Assembly (NCBI RefSeq): GCF_006345805.1
Contig: NC_043023.1
Coordinates: forward strand, 11,222,001 to 11,286,000
Length of the DNA: 64,000 nt
DNA from: Octopus sinensis
Taxonomy: Eukaryota
Reading direction: 5' to 3'
Below, one piece after another: positions 16,309 through 32,749 of the stretch. The first letter of the stretch is position 1. Each line of letters begins with the position of its first letter. The notes below the pieces were generated by a model, which was not told the DNA's origin, did not search any database, and worked only from the letters and a program-made list of their open reading frames with translations. The position numbers and the translations under genes are program-made.

Positions 16309-18160
16309 TGTGTGTGTGTCTGACATCAACATTCAACAGACTGAACTAAAGTAAAGTGAGGTTCTGATCTTGTGATGGTTTTCAATCGTGGCGTAGAGAA
16401 ATAGAGGGACATAGCAATGACATGAATGGGTATAAGTCTGATCGATTAAGAAGCAAAAAGCTGGGTTAGCCAGCTGTTTTTATTAATGAAATGCTGGACG
16501 TTCTAGAAACTTCCAAGAGAAATGCCAAGCTTTTTGAATGATTAAGAATCAGGTCTCATAACTTTGATGCTTAGAGAAGACTAAGAAAGGGAGGTTGCTC
16601 TATCATCTTTCTTGCAATGGAGATCATTCCAGTATCTAGATTTTGCTACAGACTCATTCCTTTCTTCTGATATTGCTAGCCTTGAGCAAAAATCTAATGC
16701 CGATATTAATTTATAATGGGTATCAAAAATTTAGAGGAGAGTGTCGAAGAGAAAGCGAAATAAAGTATATGGGCAACAAGATTCTGTTAAGATTATTTCT
16801 ACAGAAATTCTAGCCAGCATTGATTTTTAGCTACAACGTTTGGCATCGAGAAGACAGATGTAAATAATAAAACTTCAGATAACATAATATTGTAAAGATC
16901 ACTGCTAATGCCGTAGAACGTGGTGTTGGCTTATAAGAACATTTAATATACGTTATGATATATTACGGTTGCTTAATGAAATATGCTGCCAATGTAGGAT
17001 TTAGGATTGGCTAAAATAACATAACTTTTAGCTCGTAACTTTATAATTCATTTCTAGAAAATAATCTTCAGCATTTCAAAACAGCATTCTTTCCTTCTTA
17101 AATAATAATCTGACGAAATTTGAGATGTGTCAAAATCCATATCTACTATTAAGCATAATGATGAAAATTTTCCCTTTTACCCAATTTAAAATTACCAGAG
17201 AATCATAATATTAAAAATGATCTACTATCTCAGATGCTTCAGTGGAATTTTAGGATAAACTTAACTTCTGTAAATTTGATTTAAATGTTTTTTAATCTAT
17301 TCCAAATAATCTTGTTTCTAATCTTTTCACCAGATACCGAAGGTTCGTTTCCTTCATTTCATTTCTAGTTTCGTATCTTATTTTTATAATTCCCATTAAT
17401 AAAATATAATTTCGTCTAGATATACTTTACAATCCAAGGTTTAAAAAGTCTGTATTATATTTTTATGTGTATTTTGATGCAATTAAAAAGGAAAAAATTG
17501 GTAACATTTATTTTATAACAAAAGATTGATGCCATAACGTACACAATCTCCAGACTGGTTTCGTTTCGCTGTTTACCGTGTCGGTTTTTCAATTGTCTTA
17601 CAATTCAATTATCCGTTGAAACGTCTCTTAAGCTTAATTAAAGACATTTCACATTAAACCCGGATTTATATAAAACACCAGGTAAGTAATTAATATACAT
17701 TTCGGTTAAGTCGACATCTTTGAATGCTTTGCCCTTTTATGTGTACGAAATATACCGTAATTAATTGAGTTTAATTGATTATAGCAGTCACATAAAATGA
17801 TAATTAATTAGTGAACTCGGGTGAATGTCGCAAACCGTTTCTGCGTGGTCCCTTTCGCTTTGTATCGGCGATCGTTGGCTACGTGTATATTGGGGTAAAT
17901 CTGGACAAGTGCACCTGAAAGATATGCCTCTGTTTATACGTTATATAGGAAAACAAAAATTCACTTATAATGATAGAAAAACCAAAAAGATTACTGTACC
18001 CTGATTGTCGTTCTGTTTAACCACACAAAGAACCGACAAATTTGTGGTTAGTGATAAGAGAACAATGATACAGTGCCAAGGGGACAGGATTAGGGAGTTG
18101 GAGGCAAGCATCTCGCATGAAGCGGAAATGTGAGGAAGTGGAGAGATATAGAGACGTAGC
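16309..18160 (+). promoter_or_regulatory. Third, CDS-less copy of the locus 1/2 upstream region, including the first-exon donor
   Basis: Aligns with 7882-9680; donor CCAG|GTAAGT at 17682; homology stops at gagacgtagc (~18160). Confidence 0.65.
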
Positions 18161-18165
18161 GGTAC

Positions 18166-19350
18166 TAGTCGTGGAGACTGAACCCGGTGCGCGCATAGCT
18201 TAGGAAATTTTTTTCAACGATATACGGTGTATATTATTTTAAAGACAATTGCGTTTTTTTTTCGTTACAAAACAATTAGAAGCATTGAAAAAAAGCAAAG
18301 CAACTTTAAGGACAGTGAAACATTTTTTTTTTCAAAGTAGACCACTACAGGCAACAATTCAATTGGGTTTACTTTGAATAGCTATGGCAAACTGCAGCAT
18401 GAAAATTCAAAAAAAAGTTTTTAAAAATTGGCTTAACCCCTCCCCAACAAGGTAATTTTACTGTAGGCTTCAACAGGAAAATCGTTTACTGGTGACAAGC
18501 CAACAACGTGGGGTCTGAATTTAGTTGCCAGGCAGATAGAGGAAGGGTAGTACAGTGACAGATCACAAACGAAGATAACACTAATTGCCTCCTATGAAAT
18601 GGTTCACTGCGTTAACTTATGAGGCTCCTGTCAACGACCAAGTCTCTTCAATGTAAACTTATAGTAACCAAATTTCCCCCACGTAGAAATAAAACATTTC
18701 TATGAAGTAAAGGGTTACTTTACGTCTGGTTAAAAATAAACTCCTTTGATCAGGTCTGCACGGCCAGGGCAGTCTTGGGACTGGGAACTGTTTAGCTGAA
18801 GTTAAAGACGAGAGTTCAGTTGGGTCTTTGGAGAAACTGAAAACAAGGAGCAAACACAGACCTTGTACAACTTCGGTCAAGAGATATCTTCCACCGAGCT
18901 GTTAGAAATAAACGAATGTTTTTTAAGCCTTCTCTATCTACACTATCAAATGCTTTTTTTTAAGTCAAACTGAACAATGCAGTATTGGATTTACAACAAA
19001 GCGGGATGGCCACGACCAAAATGTCTAATAATTTAGGGTTGGTCAGGGGTTAAATTCCAGTTGAAAGACACGAGCATAGCTGAATGGTTAACGAAGTTTT
19101 CCGTAGCTATTCAAAGTAAACACAAGTGAATTGTCGTCTGTAGTGGTCTACTTTGAAAAAAAAAAAAAATGTTTGACTGTCCTTAAGGTTAAAATAATAT
19201 ACACCGTATATCGTTGAAAAATATTTCCTAAGCTCCAGTAGGGGCACGCTATTAACTTAGTTTTTGCAATGTTGCGCCAATCAGCTCATTTGCATACGCA
19301 AGTCACTATAGGATCGACTACGCACACCGGGTCCAGTCTCCACGACTAGT
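18166..19350. mobile_element. Foldback/long-inverted-repeat element, ~1.2 kb
   Basis: actagtcgtggagactgaacccggtg is the reverse complement of caccgggtccagtctccacgactagt. gcttaggaaa...cgatatacggtgtatattatttt and caaagtagaccactacag are mirrored at ~19100-19234. Confidence 0.6.
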
Positions 19351-19357
19351 CCGTGTC

Positions 19358-19511
19358 GGTACTACTAGCGAACAGTGGTCCCGATGCACGCACTCACGCT
19401 AGCTAGTCGTAAGTAGTCGATCGTACAACGACTTTTTAAACCTAACCCTAAACCTAGTACTACTAGCTAGCGCGAGTGCGCGCACCGGGACCACTGTTCG
19501 CTAGTAGTACC
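19358..19511. repeat. 154-bp palindrome with ~50-bp arms
   Basis: ggtactactagcgaacagtggtccc... and ...gggaccactgttcgctagtagtacc are reverse complements; the loop contains cctaaccctaaacc. Confidence 0.8.
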
Positions 19512-19852
19512 CCTTTCTAAAGGAGCACCGATAGATATAATGTAAAGTAAATACATTTGTAAAATTAAGAGCAATTAATTAGTAAAATGAGAGGAAACCG
19601 ATTGAAGAATACCACATTAATTAATGCTGTCCTGTCCCTTATGAGTTATTGATAAAACGGTAAGTCGACAAAGATTTACTATAAAGCGATGTTAATAATA
19701 GTAATGATGGGTACTATTTAAGAAGAGTGGTCCCTGTGCGCGCACTCGCTAGCTAGTAGTGACTAGTGGATTCTAAAACGACTACTTACCGCGAGTGTGA
19801 CAGGTTTTGTTTTTAAACAAATAGGGTCTTTTTTTAACAAAATAAATAATTC

Positions 19853-20261
19853 GGATCTTTTCCGTTTGAACGGCAGTTTTTAACATAATTTCTAGGTAAC
19901 TAAACACTTTTAAACTTTGTATACTGGTAGAATGTGTTTATAAAACGTCTTTTTCCCTTGGCTTTATTGAGAAAATTCTATAGTTTGTAAGATATTTGTT
20001 GTTTTTTTTCTTCAATTTCTGCAATTTCAACCAATCACTGACGTCTATTGAGGTAAAAAAAAAAAAGCACATTCTGTGCCGTATGAATATGACCTTCGTT
20101 TAAGAAACATTGGGTTTATTTACATTTCTGAAGAAAAAAAGATACCCTTCCCTCACCCTAAAAGAGATTGAAATGCAATAGATCGACACTAGGGTCATAA
20201 TTATGGGTGACAATTTCATATGACACTGCTAGAAAAACTGCCGTTCAAACCGAAAAGATCC
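19853..20261. mobile_element. MITE, ~410 bp, TIR GGATCTTTTC(C/G)GTTTGAACGGCAG
   Basis: Both TIRs visible. Other copies: 49958-50371 (complete); 48724, 58886 and 63298 (partial or interrupted). Confidence 0.8.
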
Positions 20262-20444
20262 AATAAGTGTCTTCTACTTTAGCCCTGAGCTAACTAAAGC
20301 CTTCAGAGGGGATTTGGTACAGGGGAAGTGTATCATTTATACAATTATGTATGTGTGTCTCTGTGTTTGTCCACCTCCCTGCCACACACCTCTTGACTCT
20401 GTGTGTTAGTTTGTTTACATCCCTGTCACCAAGTGGTTGGGCAA

Positions 20445-20857
20445 AGTTCTGAATTAAAATCTTCCACTAAACCTTAGTCACAGTTTATGTTCCTAATACT
20501 AGCTTAATGATGACTAAGTTATTTTACTAAATTCTTTGTTATATTTAAAGTAATTGAAAGAAACACAGAGCATCTCAACAGAAATATGGTAACAAAAGGG
20601 TTAAAAATATATAATAGAGAAACAATTCTTAACCCTTTTGATACTAAACTGGCTGAAACCAGCTCTGGCTCTTTAATACAAATGTCTTGTTTTCATAAGT
20701 TTTGAATTAAAATCTTCCACTAAACCTTAGTCACAATTTATGTTCCTAATACTAGCTTAATGATGACTAAGTTATTTTACTAAATTCTTTGTTATATTTA
20801 AAGTAGTTGAAAGAAACACAGAGCATCTCAAAATAAATACAGTAATGAAAGGGTTAA
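20445..20857. mobile_element. piggyBac-type MITE tandem pair
   Basis: TTAA|CCCTTT...AAAGGG|TTAA at 20629-20857, preceded by a partial copy ending aaaagggttaa. Confidence 0.75.
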
Positions 20858-21477
20858 ATAAGATCACAGATGATATTATATAATTTGCAATGTTGAATTA
20901 CTATGTCATTTAACAATCCTCTTTTTCTTACTTATTCTTTTCCTTTTTCAGAATATCACATCATGTTGACATAAAAGAAATTACTTCATTCAGACGTGGC
21001 TCTGATATTTTGATTGACTTTCATCAATTAAAGGAAGATGATATATTTATAAGGAGCATTCATCAATACATCAACTTCTTTGTATGAATAAAATCTTCGA
21101 CGAACAATAGGAAAATATTTCTTCTGGAGAATGGAATTAACAGCAACATTTTCTTGTCTTCAATGTCTGGAATGTAGAGGAGATGATCAATTTACAGATT
21201 CATTAAGCTTTGATTAATTACTCTCTAAAAATAGTGACACAAATGAACGCAAACATAGAAATGATAATGGAATGTAGACGAGGTGATCGTTTTACAGTTT
21301 CAGTAAACTTGGATAACTTTATAAAAGAGTTATCAGTTTACATTTGCAGTTTCAGATCTTAAGATGACAGATGAAAGAAACACGACACTAAATTTTTGTC
21401 TGAAGATTGTGACACAAACATTCGTAGAAATAAAACAAGCACAGTCATTGTCATATGTATAACAAATTATTCTTTGT

Positions 21478-21841
21478 CTAGCAATATGACCCGGCAACAC
21501 TGGGTCATAATGCTAGTGCATGCATATACAGCTGTGTACGTGCACACATAAACGTGAGTACTGTCCGAATCTCCAACCAATCACATACAGCTAGCTGGCA
21601 TTCAATTGGCATATCAAGTTTTGGGCATTTTGATTGGGATTTGGATAGAAAATTCACAAAAAAGTCAATTCTATTGATTTTTTAAGGGCTTTGCAGGGTA
21701 ACTGGGGAAATGTAAAGATGTGCACGACCACCCTTGGACAGTTTTGAATGACCATAGAAAGTGCGAGCCCTCTAACTGAAAAATTGTGGATTTGTATAAA
21801 GGACACACACACAGACATTTTGCCGTTTATATATATAGAGA
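21478..21841 (-). mobile_element. Short Helitron-like element in the 5' UTR of ZNF locus 3
   Basis: A|TCTCTATATATATAAACGGCAAAATGTCTGTGTG start; palindromic CTAG-bounded end at 21478-21516; interrupts the conserved aattattct...atg leader. Confidence 0.65.
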
Positions 21842-21843
21842 TA

Positions 21844-25419
<3,576 letters not shown>

Positions 25420-25726
25420 CAGTATCAATATCAAAATTTATAACATGAGAACAATTATGAATATTTTGTCTGCTAAAAGACACGGTTTTTTTTTGTTCAA
25501 GCTTGACATTACCAACTTCAATATCATTTATATATCTGAGTATATCAACACAGAGATGACTTTGATTTCTGAAGATGATTATTCTGGATTTTTGAGGAAT
25601 TTGTTTTGATAGAATAAAGGAATGGGAATAAGGAATAAGGAATAAAAGTTTTAAGTGACATTGGTTTTGTCTTTGTTGTGTTTTCATCATCAACATCATC
25701 ATCATCTTTTTCAGTTGTGTATTTAA

Positions 25727-26100
25727 TCTCTCTCTATATAAAGCTGAAGCTGTCTGTGTGTGGCAGGTTTGGTAGCCTTCAACTAACACTGTCTCCTTCG
25801 AGACCCTGTGGCGCAAGTTGACCAAATTTGAGAGTATGATAGAAGAAGGATTGCTCTTCCTTCCGTAGAAGAAAAAATTCAAATCGGACCATATTAACAC
25901 CAAAAATTATTTACATCAAGAAGGTGCTTTTTTCTATGAAAATGTCTGAGGCTTCCACCACACCCCATCCCGTCTTCCGAACCACAAAAAAACAGGTTTT
26001 GTGACATATTAGTAGGTCATTCAATAAATAGAAAAAATTTCAAGTGATTCCGGGATGGGGTGTGGTTTTTTTTTCTCATTGAAAATTTTGCGGGTGAAAG
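25727..26100 (+). mobile_element. Helitron-like 5' segment
   Basis: A|TCTCTCTCTATATAAAGCTGAAGCTGTCTGTGTGTG start, same style as the other elements; inverted copy starts at 34437. No 3' end identified for this copy. Confidence 0.5.
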
Positions 26101-26109
26101 AATCAAAAT

Positions 26110-26330
26110 TGACCCCAGTGAGTAGCGCCATCTATAGGATAAGTCATGTAATATAATTATTTAAGGGGAAACAACTCCAGCAGCATTTGACCTTCGCGCC
26201 AATTAAATTCTTAATTACGTTGATTAATTACTCCTCACTGACTCGTTTATATCTGGATCGGGTAAGTTGAGCAAGATTTCCTTTAAGGCTGTAATCATGA
26301 TAATGGAAGATAATAGATTTCTGTGAACTT
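26110..26330 (+). promoter_or_regulatory. Putative promoter/first-exon module of ZNF locus 4
   Basis: TAGCGCCATCTA (26123-26134) followed by a G|GTAAGT donor (26262); similar modules at ~50493-50652 and, inverted, at 33715-33940. Confidence 0.45.
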
Positions 26331-28766
26331 CTCTGGATGTTGGAGTAATTATTTCGAAACGGGAACCTGACAACAATTAGGAAAATAGATTTGTTCGTCT
26401 GAAGAACTTCCAAACTGAAATGTTGATCTGTGGTTTATGGGAACCTAGAATCCACTGTTACATGGGGTATAAAGGAAATTAAGGGTAATGTTGACGTTGT
26501 TACCCGGAGAGGAAATTGAGAAAAACAAATAGTGCAACGGGTATAAAAAAAGGGGTAGAAAAGGGATCTGAAGAAAAAATGTGCAGAAAGCAATAAGAGT
26601 GAGAGGCCTTCGGAAAATTGACAAGCTCCGAAGGTTTTCCCTCGTAACTTTTAGGAAAATGGGGTTTTTTTGTAAATGAAATTTTATATAAATACGTTTC
26701 AAACGGTATAGCTCACGATTATAAAGAAATTTATGGGGAAAATCTTTGCGATGGGGTCAGGAAAGGACTTTGGAAAATCCGATGTTTTTCCCTTGTAAAT
26801 TTGAGGAAAATGGACGTCTTTCTATTTCACATCCACGTAGGGAACGAATCTGAAAACAAAAATGCTTTGGAAGCAACGGGGAGGGGTTAGGACTTCGGAA
26901 AATTCACAAGATCCAAGTTTTTCCCTCGTAACTTTGACTAAAATAGAATCCTTTTGAAATAACAAATTCAGTTTTTCCTCAGGAACTTCTATGCTAAACA
27001 TCCTTTTGTCAAGATTCATTCGTTAGTCCCCCTTTCGTTATAGCACATGCTGTCAACTATAAACACATGAAATATTATCACTAATAATGCTCTCTCGATG
27101 CACATACATATTTCTTCTCTGTATTTGTGTGGAATGTAGATAACAAAATCAATGTGGCAGTTTAAACTTGAGAAAAGCCTTGCATATTTATAATGTCCAA
27201 GTTATAGATGTATGTATGCATTTCTGTGCATGTGTGTGTATGCGGCTAGGGTTCCTTCTTACCTGCTTCATTTGTGTATGTAAATTTCTAAGAAGAAAAC
27301 GAGATCGATGTCAAAAAAGCCGTATTACTGATGATATAGAATAAGCAACTTAGGAAAGATTACTAATAATTGAGTCATGAATTCTGGTCCTTGCTGTAAA
27401 ACTATATTAACCCTTCGAAGTTACAATAATCTCATAGAATTAAGAACATAGCAACGTTGAGAAAATATGATTCCTCGTCTTGGATATATCAAACATTTAC
27501 GATCCTTCGTTATAAGTACCGGAAGTGGCTTTGTTTGCATTTCTGAGGATAACAGAAACCCTTTTCTCCCACCCCTAACACTTTCTTGAAATGTATCCGG
27601 TACCTATACCGAAGTTACTCCCAAACATTGATTTTCTTTTGATTGGCCTGAGAAAAAAAATTTAGGGTGTAGAGCATGTCATTATGCCAGTCTTTATATG
27701 CCTCAAGGAACTCTGACCCCTAAAAACATTTAATAGATGACAATGTTAAATTTTGCAACATTGAATTAGTGTATCATTTAACTATTATCTTGATGTTTCT
27801 TTTCCTATTTCAGAATATCACCTTATGTTGACCCACAAGAAACTTCTTCATTCAGATGTGCCTTTCATATTTTGATGTCGTTTCATCAACTAAAGCAAGA
27901 TGACATAATTTATCAGCAGCATTCATCAATACATCAAAATTTATATGAATACAATCTAAGAATACAATATTTTTCTTGTCTTCACTGTTTGGAATGTAGA
28001 CGAAGTGATTGCCTTACAGGTTAATTAACGTTGGATAACTTTACAAACGAGTTGACAATTTTCACCTGCTCATTTAGATATTAAATAAGATCACAGAAGA
28101 AAGAAACACAGCTTCAAATTCTTTTCTGGAAATAGTTGCAGAACTGAAATCAAAGATGTTTATAGAGATGAAGGAAACATTATTATTGTGATATGTATAA
28201 TAAATTATTCTCTCACAATGAATAAATTAACTGAAGCAAAAAACGATGATACAAGAATAAAACAATATTTCTGTGCTATTTGTGGTACATCCTTCAATTA
28301 TAATAGTCAGTTGACTACTCACAGACGTATCCATACAGGAGAAAAACCATATCACTGTGATATATGTGATAAATCATTTTTTTTAAGTGGCAACTTAACG
28401 CAACACAAACGTACACATACAGGAGAAAAGCCATATCCATGTGATATTTGTGGTAAATCATTCTCTCAAACTGGTACCTTGACTAAACACAAACTTACAC
28501 ATACAGGAGAAAAGCCATATGATTGTGATATTTGTGGTAAATCATTCTCTCAAAGAACTACTTTGACTGAACATAAACGTACACATACAGGGGAAGAGCC
28601 GTATTGTTGTGATATCTGTGGTAAATCATTCTCTCAAAGAACTACTTTGACTGAACATAAACGTACACATACAGGGGAAGAGCCGTATCGTTGTGAAATC
28701 TGTGGTAAATCATTCTGTCGAAGGACTACTTTGTCTGAACATAAACGTACACATACAGGGGAATAG

Positions 28767-28898
<132 letters not shown>

Positions 28899-28953
28899 TG
28901 ACTAAACATGAGTATACACATGCTACAAAAAAAGTCATATCATTGTGATATGT

Positions 28954-29220
28954 GTGGAGGCACATGGCCTGGTGGTTAGAGTGGCGGACTGTGCGTTTAT
29001 GAATGAAACACCTAAGTTCCACGCGGCTCCGGCATAAGGGAATGGCAAAACTTCCGCTGACTCTTTCGCCACAACTTTTTCTCTCTTTCCTCCTGCATCT
29101 TGCAGCTCACCTGCAATGGACCAGCGTCTCGTCCAGGTGGGGAACCTATATGCCAAGAAACCAGGAAACCGTCCCTTATGAGCCAGGCATGGCTCGAGAA
29201 GGAACAAACAAACAACAAAA
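28954..29220 (+). mobile_element. SINE family D with 12-bp TSD
   Basis: gtggaggcacatggcctggtggttagag head and (AAAC)n tail; flanked by attgtgatatgt (28942-28953) and attgtaatatgt (29221-29232). Confidence 0.75.
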
Positions 29221-29553
29221 ATTGTAATATGTTGTAAATCATTCTCTTAGAGGACCTGACTAATCACAAATGTACGCATACAGGAGAGAAGGAGAAATTT
29301 AATATGTGCTCCACTGCAATAGCTAGAAACTCCAAACAGTGTAAAATGTTCCCTGAACCGTGTTTATCAGTATCAATGAAAGACTCCAAAACCTAGTTAA
29401 CCATTTCAAGGTTTTAGTAAATTTATACACAAAAAGAGAGCGTTATATACTGTCCAGCATACATAAAATTCAACTTCATTTTGCTTATTTAAGCCATTAT
29501 TTTTTTATGTAAAAACTTATTCTCACATTAAATGAGTCAACTTCCGGTACGAA

Positions 29554-29957
29554 TACTCTTTATACTCTCTTTTACTTGTTTCAGTCATTTTGACTGCGGC
29601 CATGCTGGAGCACCGCCTTTAGTCGGACATCTCGACCCCGGGACTTATTCTTTGTAAGCCCAGTACTTATTCTATCGGTCTCTTTTGCGGAACCGCTAAG
29701 TAATGGGGACATAAACACACCAACATCGGTTGTCAAGCAATGCTAGGGGGACAAACACACACACGCATATATATATATATATATACATATATACGACGGG
29801 CTTCTTTCAGTTTCCATCTACCAAGTCCACTCACAAGGCATTGGTCGGCCCGAGGCTATAGTAGAAGGCACTTGCCCAAGGTGCCTCGCAGTGGAACTGA
29901 ACCCGGAGTCATGTGGTTGGTAAGCAAGCTACTTACCACACAGCCACTCCTGCGCCT
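29554..29957 (-). mobile_element. tRNA-head SINE family A
   Basis: Aligns with 12815-13206. Confidence 0.8.
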
Positions 29958-30207
29958 GGAATGTTTCCTTTTGTATGTCTTTTTTTCAACAAAAAAATAA
30001 ATTACAAAACAAATTCTGAAAATGCTCTCCTCATGGGATTTATTCACCCATTAATGTGGTTTTTTTTTATCTTTGTGAAAAAGTGCTTAAATTACATGGG
30101 TTTTTACTGTATACGCATACAGGAGATATCTGTAGTAAATCATTCTCTCAAAGTAGTCACTCGAATAATCACAAACATATACAATAGAGAAGCTATATTA
30201 CTATAAT

Positions 30208-30810
30208 CACCTTCACCTTGACCGACCAGTCCGTTTGATACCGCTGGTCACAGCACGCTGTCCACTCCTCTCTGGATCGCGCCTTTCTCATCCACGTGAT
30301 CCCAATCGTCCTCCTGAAATCGTAACTCCTCCATAGTGGAGGTCTTCCAGGTGGTCGTTTCCACTCACGCGGGTACCACTCGACATCTGCGCGAGTCCCA
30401 CTGATTATCGGTGAGTCGGGCGACGTGTCCAGCCCATCTAAACTTGCTGCGTGTATACTCTGCGATGACATCCCTCACGCAGGACTTCTTTCTGATGATC
30501 TTGCTACTTATGTGCTCTCTCAACGAGATTCCAAGCATTGACCTTTCCATGGCTCTTTGAGCCGTTACCAGTCTTTGCTCTTCACTCTTTGTGGTAGCCC
30601 ATGTTTCACTTCCATACAACATTGCAGGTAGAACTGTACCGTTGATGAGGTTGGCACGGGTGTTCCTGTCCAACCTTCCCTTGAGCAGATCCCTTATGCC
30701 ATTAAACGAAGTTCATGCGGTCAGACAACATACCAACAGGTCGAATGGTGATCGACAGCGATGAAATAGAGGAGGTAAAGGAATATGTTTACCTGGGACA
30801 GGAAGTGAAT
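30208..30810 (-). mobile_element. RTE-like LINE 3' fragment
   Basis: VLPAMLYGSETWATTKSEEQRL...MERSMLGISLREH...WAGHVAR...WYPREWKRPPGRPP; tail ggtgaaggtga. Confidence 0.8.
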
Positions 30811-31126
30811 ATCATCATCATTTAACGTCCGTTTTCCATGGTAGCATGGGTTGGACGGTTCGACCAGAGATCTGGCAGTGTTTCTACAGCTGGATGCCGT
30901 TCCTAACACCAACCACTCCAAGAGTGTAGTGGGTGCTTTTTATGTGACACCTGCACAGGTGCCAGGGGAGTCTGGCAAACGGTCATGATCGGATGGTGCT
31001 TTTTACGTACCACCGGCACGGGGGCCAGATGAGGCTGGCAACGGCCACAATCAGATGGTGCTTTTTACGTGCCACTGGCATGGAGGCCATTCGGGGCGGC
31101 GCTGGCAATGGCCACGTTCGGATGGC
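30811..31126 (-). mobile_element. Retroposon family B copy joined to the LINE fragment
   Basis: Same sequence family as 6537-6930. Confidence 0.7.
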
Positions 31127-31283
31127 ATATTACTATAATATCTGTGGTAAATTTTCTTCTCAAATGAGTGCCTTAACTAAACACAAACGGACGCATAGAG
31201 GAGAGAAGCCATACTCTGAGTTAACTTGATTACTGAAAATGCCTGTGGTTGTATTTTGAGGAATTTGTTACAAAAGAATAGTG

Positions 31284-31560
31284 AGGCGCAGGAGTGGCTG
31301 TGTGGTAAGTAGCTCGCTTACAAACCACATGGTTCTGGGTTCATACCCACTGCATGGCACCTTGGGCAAGTGTCTTCTACTATAGCCTCAGGTCGACCAA
31401 AGCCTTGTGAGTGGATTTGGTAGACAGAAACTAAAAGAAGCCTGTCGTATATATGTATATATATGTGTATGTTTGTGTGTCTGTGTTTGTCCCCTCCCAA
31501 CATCGCTTGACAACCAATGCTGGTGTGCTTGCGTCCCTGTAACTTAGCGGTTTGGCAAAA
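31284..31560 (+). mobile_element. tRNA-head SINE family A, 3'-truncated
   Basis: Begins aggcgcaggagtggctgtgtggtaagtagc. Confidence 0.75.
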
Positions 31561-32749
31561 TCCAATGCCAGGATTTATTAAAACATTACAACAATGAAGT
31601 CTGTTTTGTCAGCTGTCATTCAGGGTTTTTCCCATCATCAATTTGAATACCGTCAGTGTGAACGTCAAACCTGTCATAATCTGTAAAAATATTGACTCTG
31701 AGTTAACTTGATTGCTAAAAATGCCTGCGTTTGGATTTTGAGGAATTTGCTAGAAAAGAATAATGAATAAAAAATCAGAATAAAAGTTAGACCATTTTGT
31801 GTTTGTTTTGTTACTCAATATCTGGACACTGTCTCCTCTATACCTTAAATCTCTCGACTGGCACAATGGCACACCCGTTCAATACTAACTGCCCACCTCA
31901 CTGATTTGGGATTTTTTTGTCACCTGGGGATTTGGTGACCCTTTTGGTGCTGATGTTACATGTCCTTACACACTGTTAAAGTACAGGTATGGAATCCCCA
32001 ACTCTATGGGGGTGGTCTTGTTATTCAAATGCCTTGTTTCTATTTGCTCCTGAAATTTATGTGTAATCTTTTATTCTTTGACATGTTTCAATCATTTGAT
32101 TGAGGCCATGCTGGAGCACCTTCTTCAAGGTTGTTAGTGGAAGAAATCGACCTCAAGACTTAGTCTTTGTAAGTCTAGTACTAATTTTATCGGTGACTTT
32201 TACTAATCCGTAGTTACTGTGAGATAATCACACCAGTACCAATGGTTAAGCCCATGGCAGGTGGACAAAAAAGACACAGACACATACCCAAATATATATA
32301 TATATATAATGTAGGATAAAGTTTTTTTTCGAAAAGATTTTATCCTATACTATATATAAATTTAATAGTGTTCACTTCTGAACTCTCTCACTCTGTGAGT
32401 GCCTCAGTTCAAATCGCACGTGTCTTGAATGAGCTGGAGTATTTCTATTTTGGATTTATTTGGGGTACTTAATTGTGCTCATGACTTAGTGTTTGCTTCT
32501 TCCATGGGTATGAGTATCTCATTTACTTCTTTGCCACATGTATCGCATGTATTTTTGAACTAACCCTGAAATCGGTCCGATACGGTAATAATGGAATTTT
32601 TTAGAGATTTCTGTCGATCTTTTTTCGAGTAGCGTGCATACTGAGAAAAAAATTATATGATAAATGGACATTACGTCCAATTTTCGGCATAAGAAATTTT
32701 TTCGTTTGCCCTTATTTATAAGTTGTTTATATATATGTAGTAGCCTAAG

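Noticed and set aside
19853-20261. Superfamily assignment for the GGATCTTTTC MITE
   Set aside because: Flanks of the complete copies show no consistent TSD, so it is left unclassified.
26440-27010. Region with ~45-bp diverged direct repeats (cttcggaaaatt...ccctcgtaacttt) and ORFs 26445-26702 and 26822-27019
   Set aside because: No recognisable protein or termini; could not be assigned.
29273-30126. 15-bp TSD (tacgcatacaggaga) around an ~820-bp insert
   Set aside because: The match is the HTGE linker present in every finger and could be coincidental.
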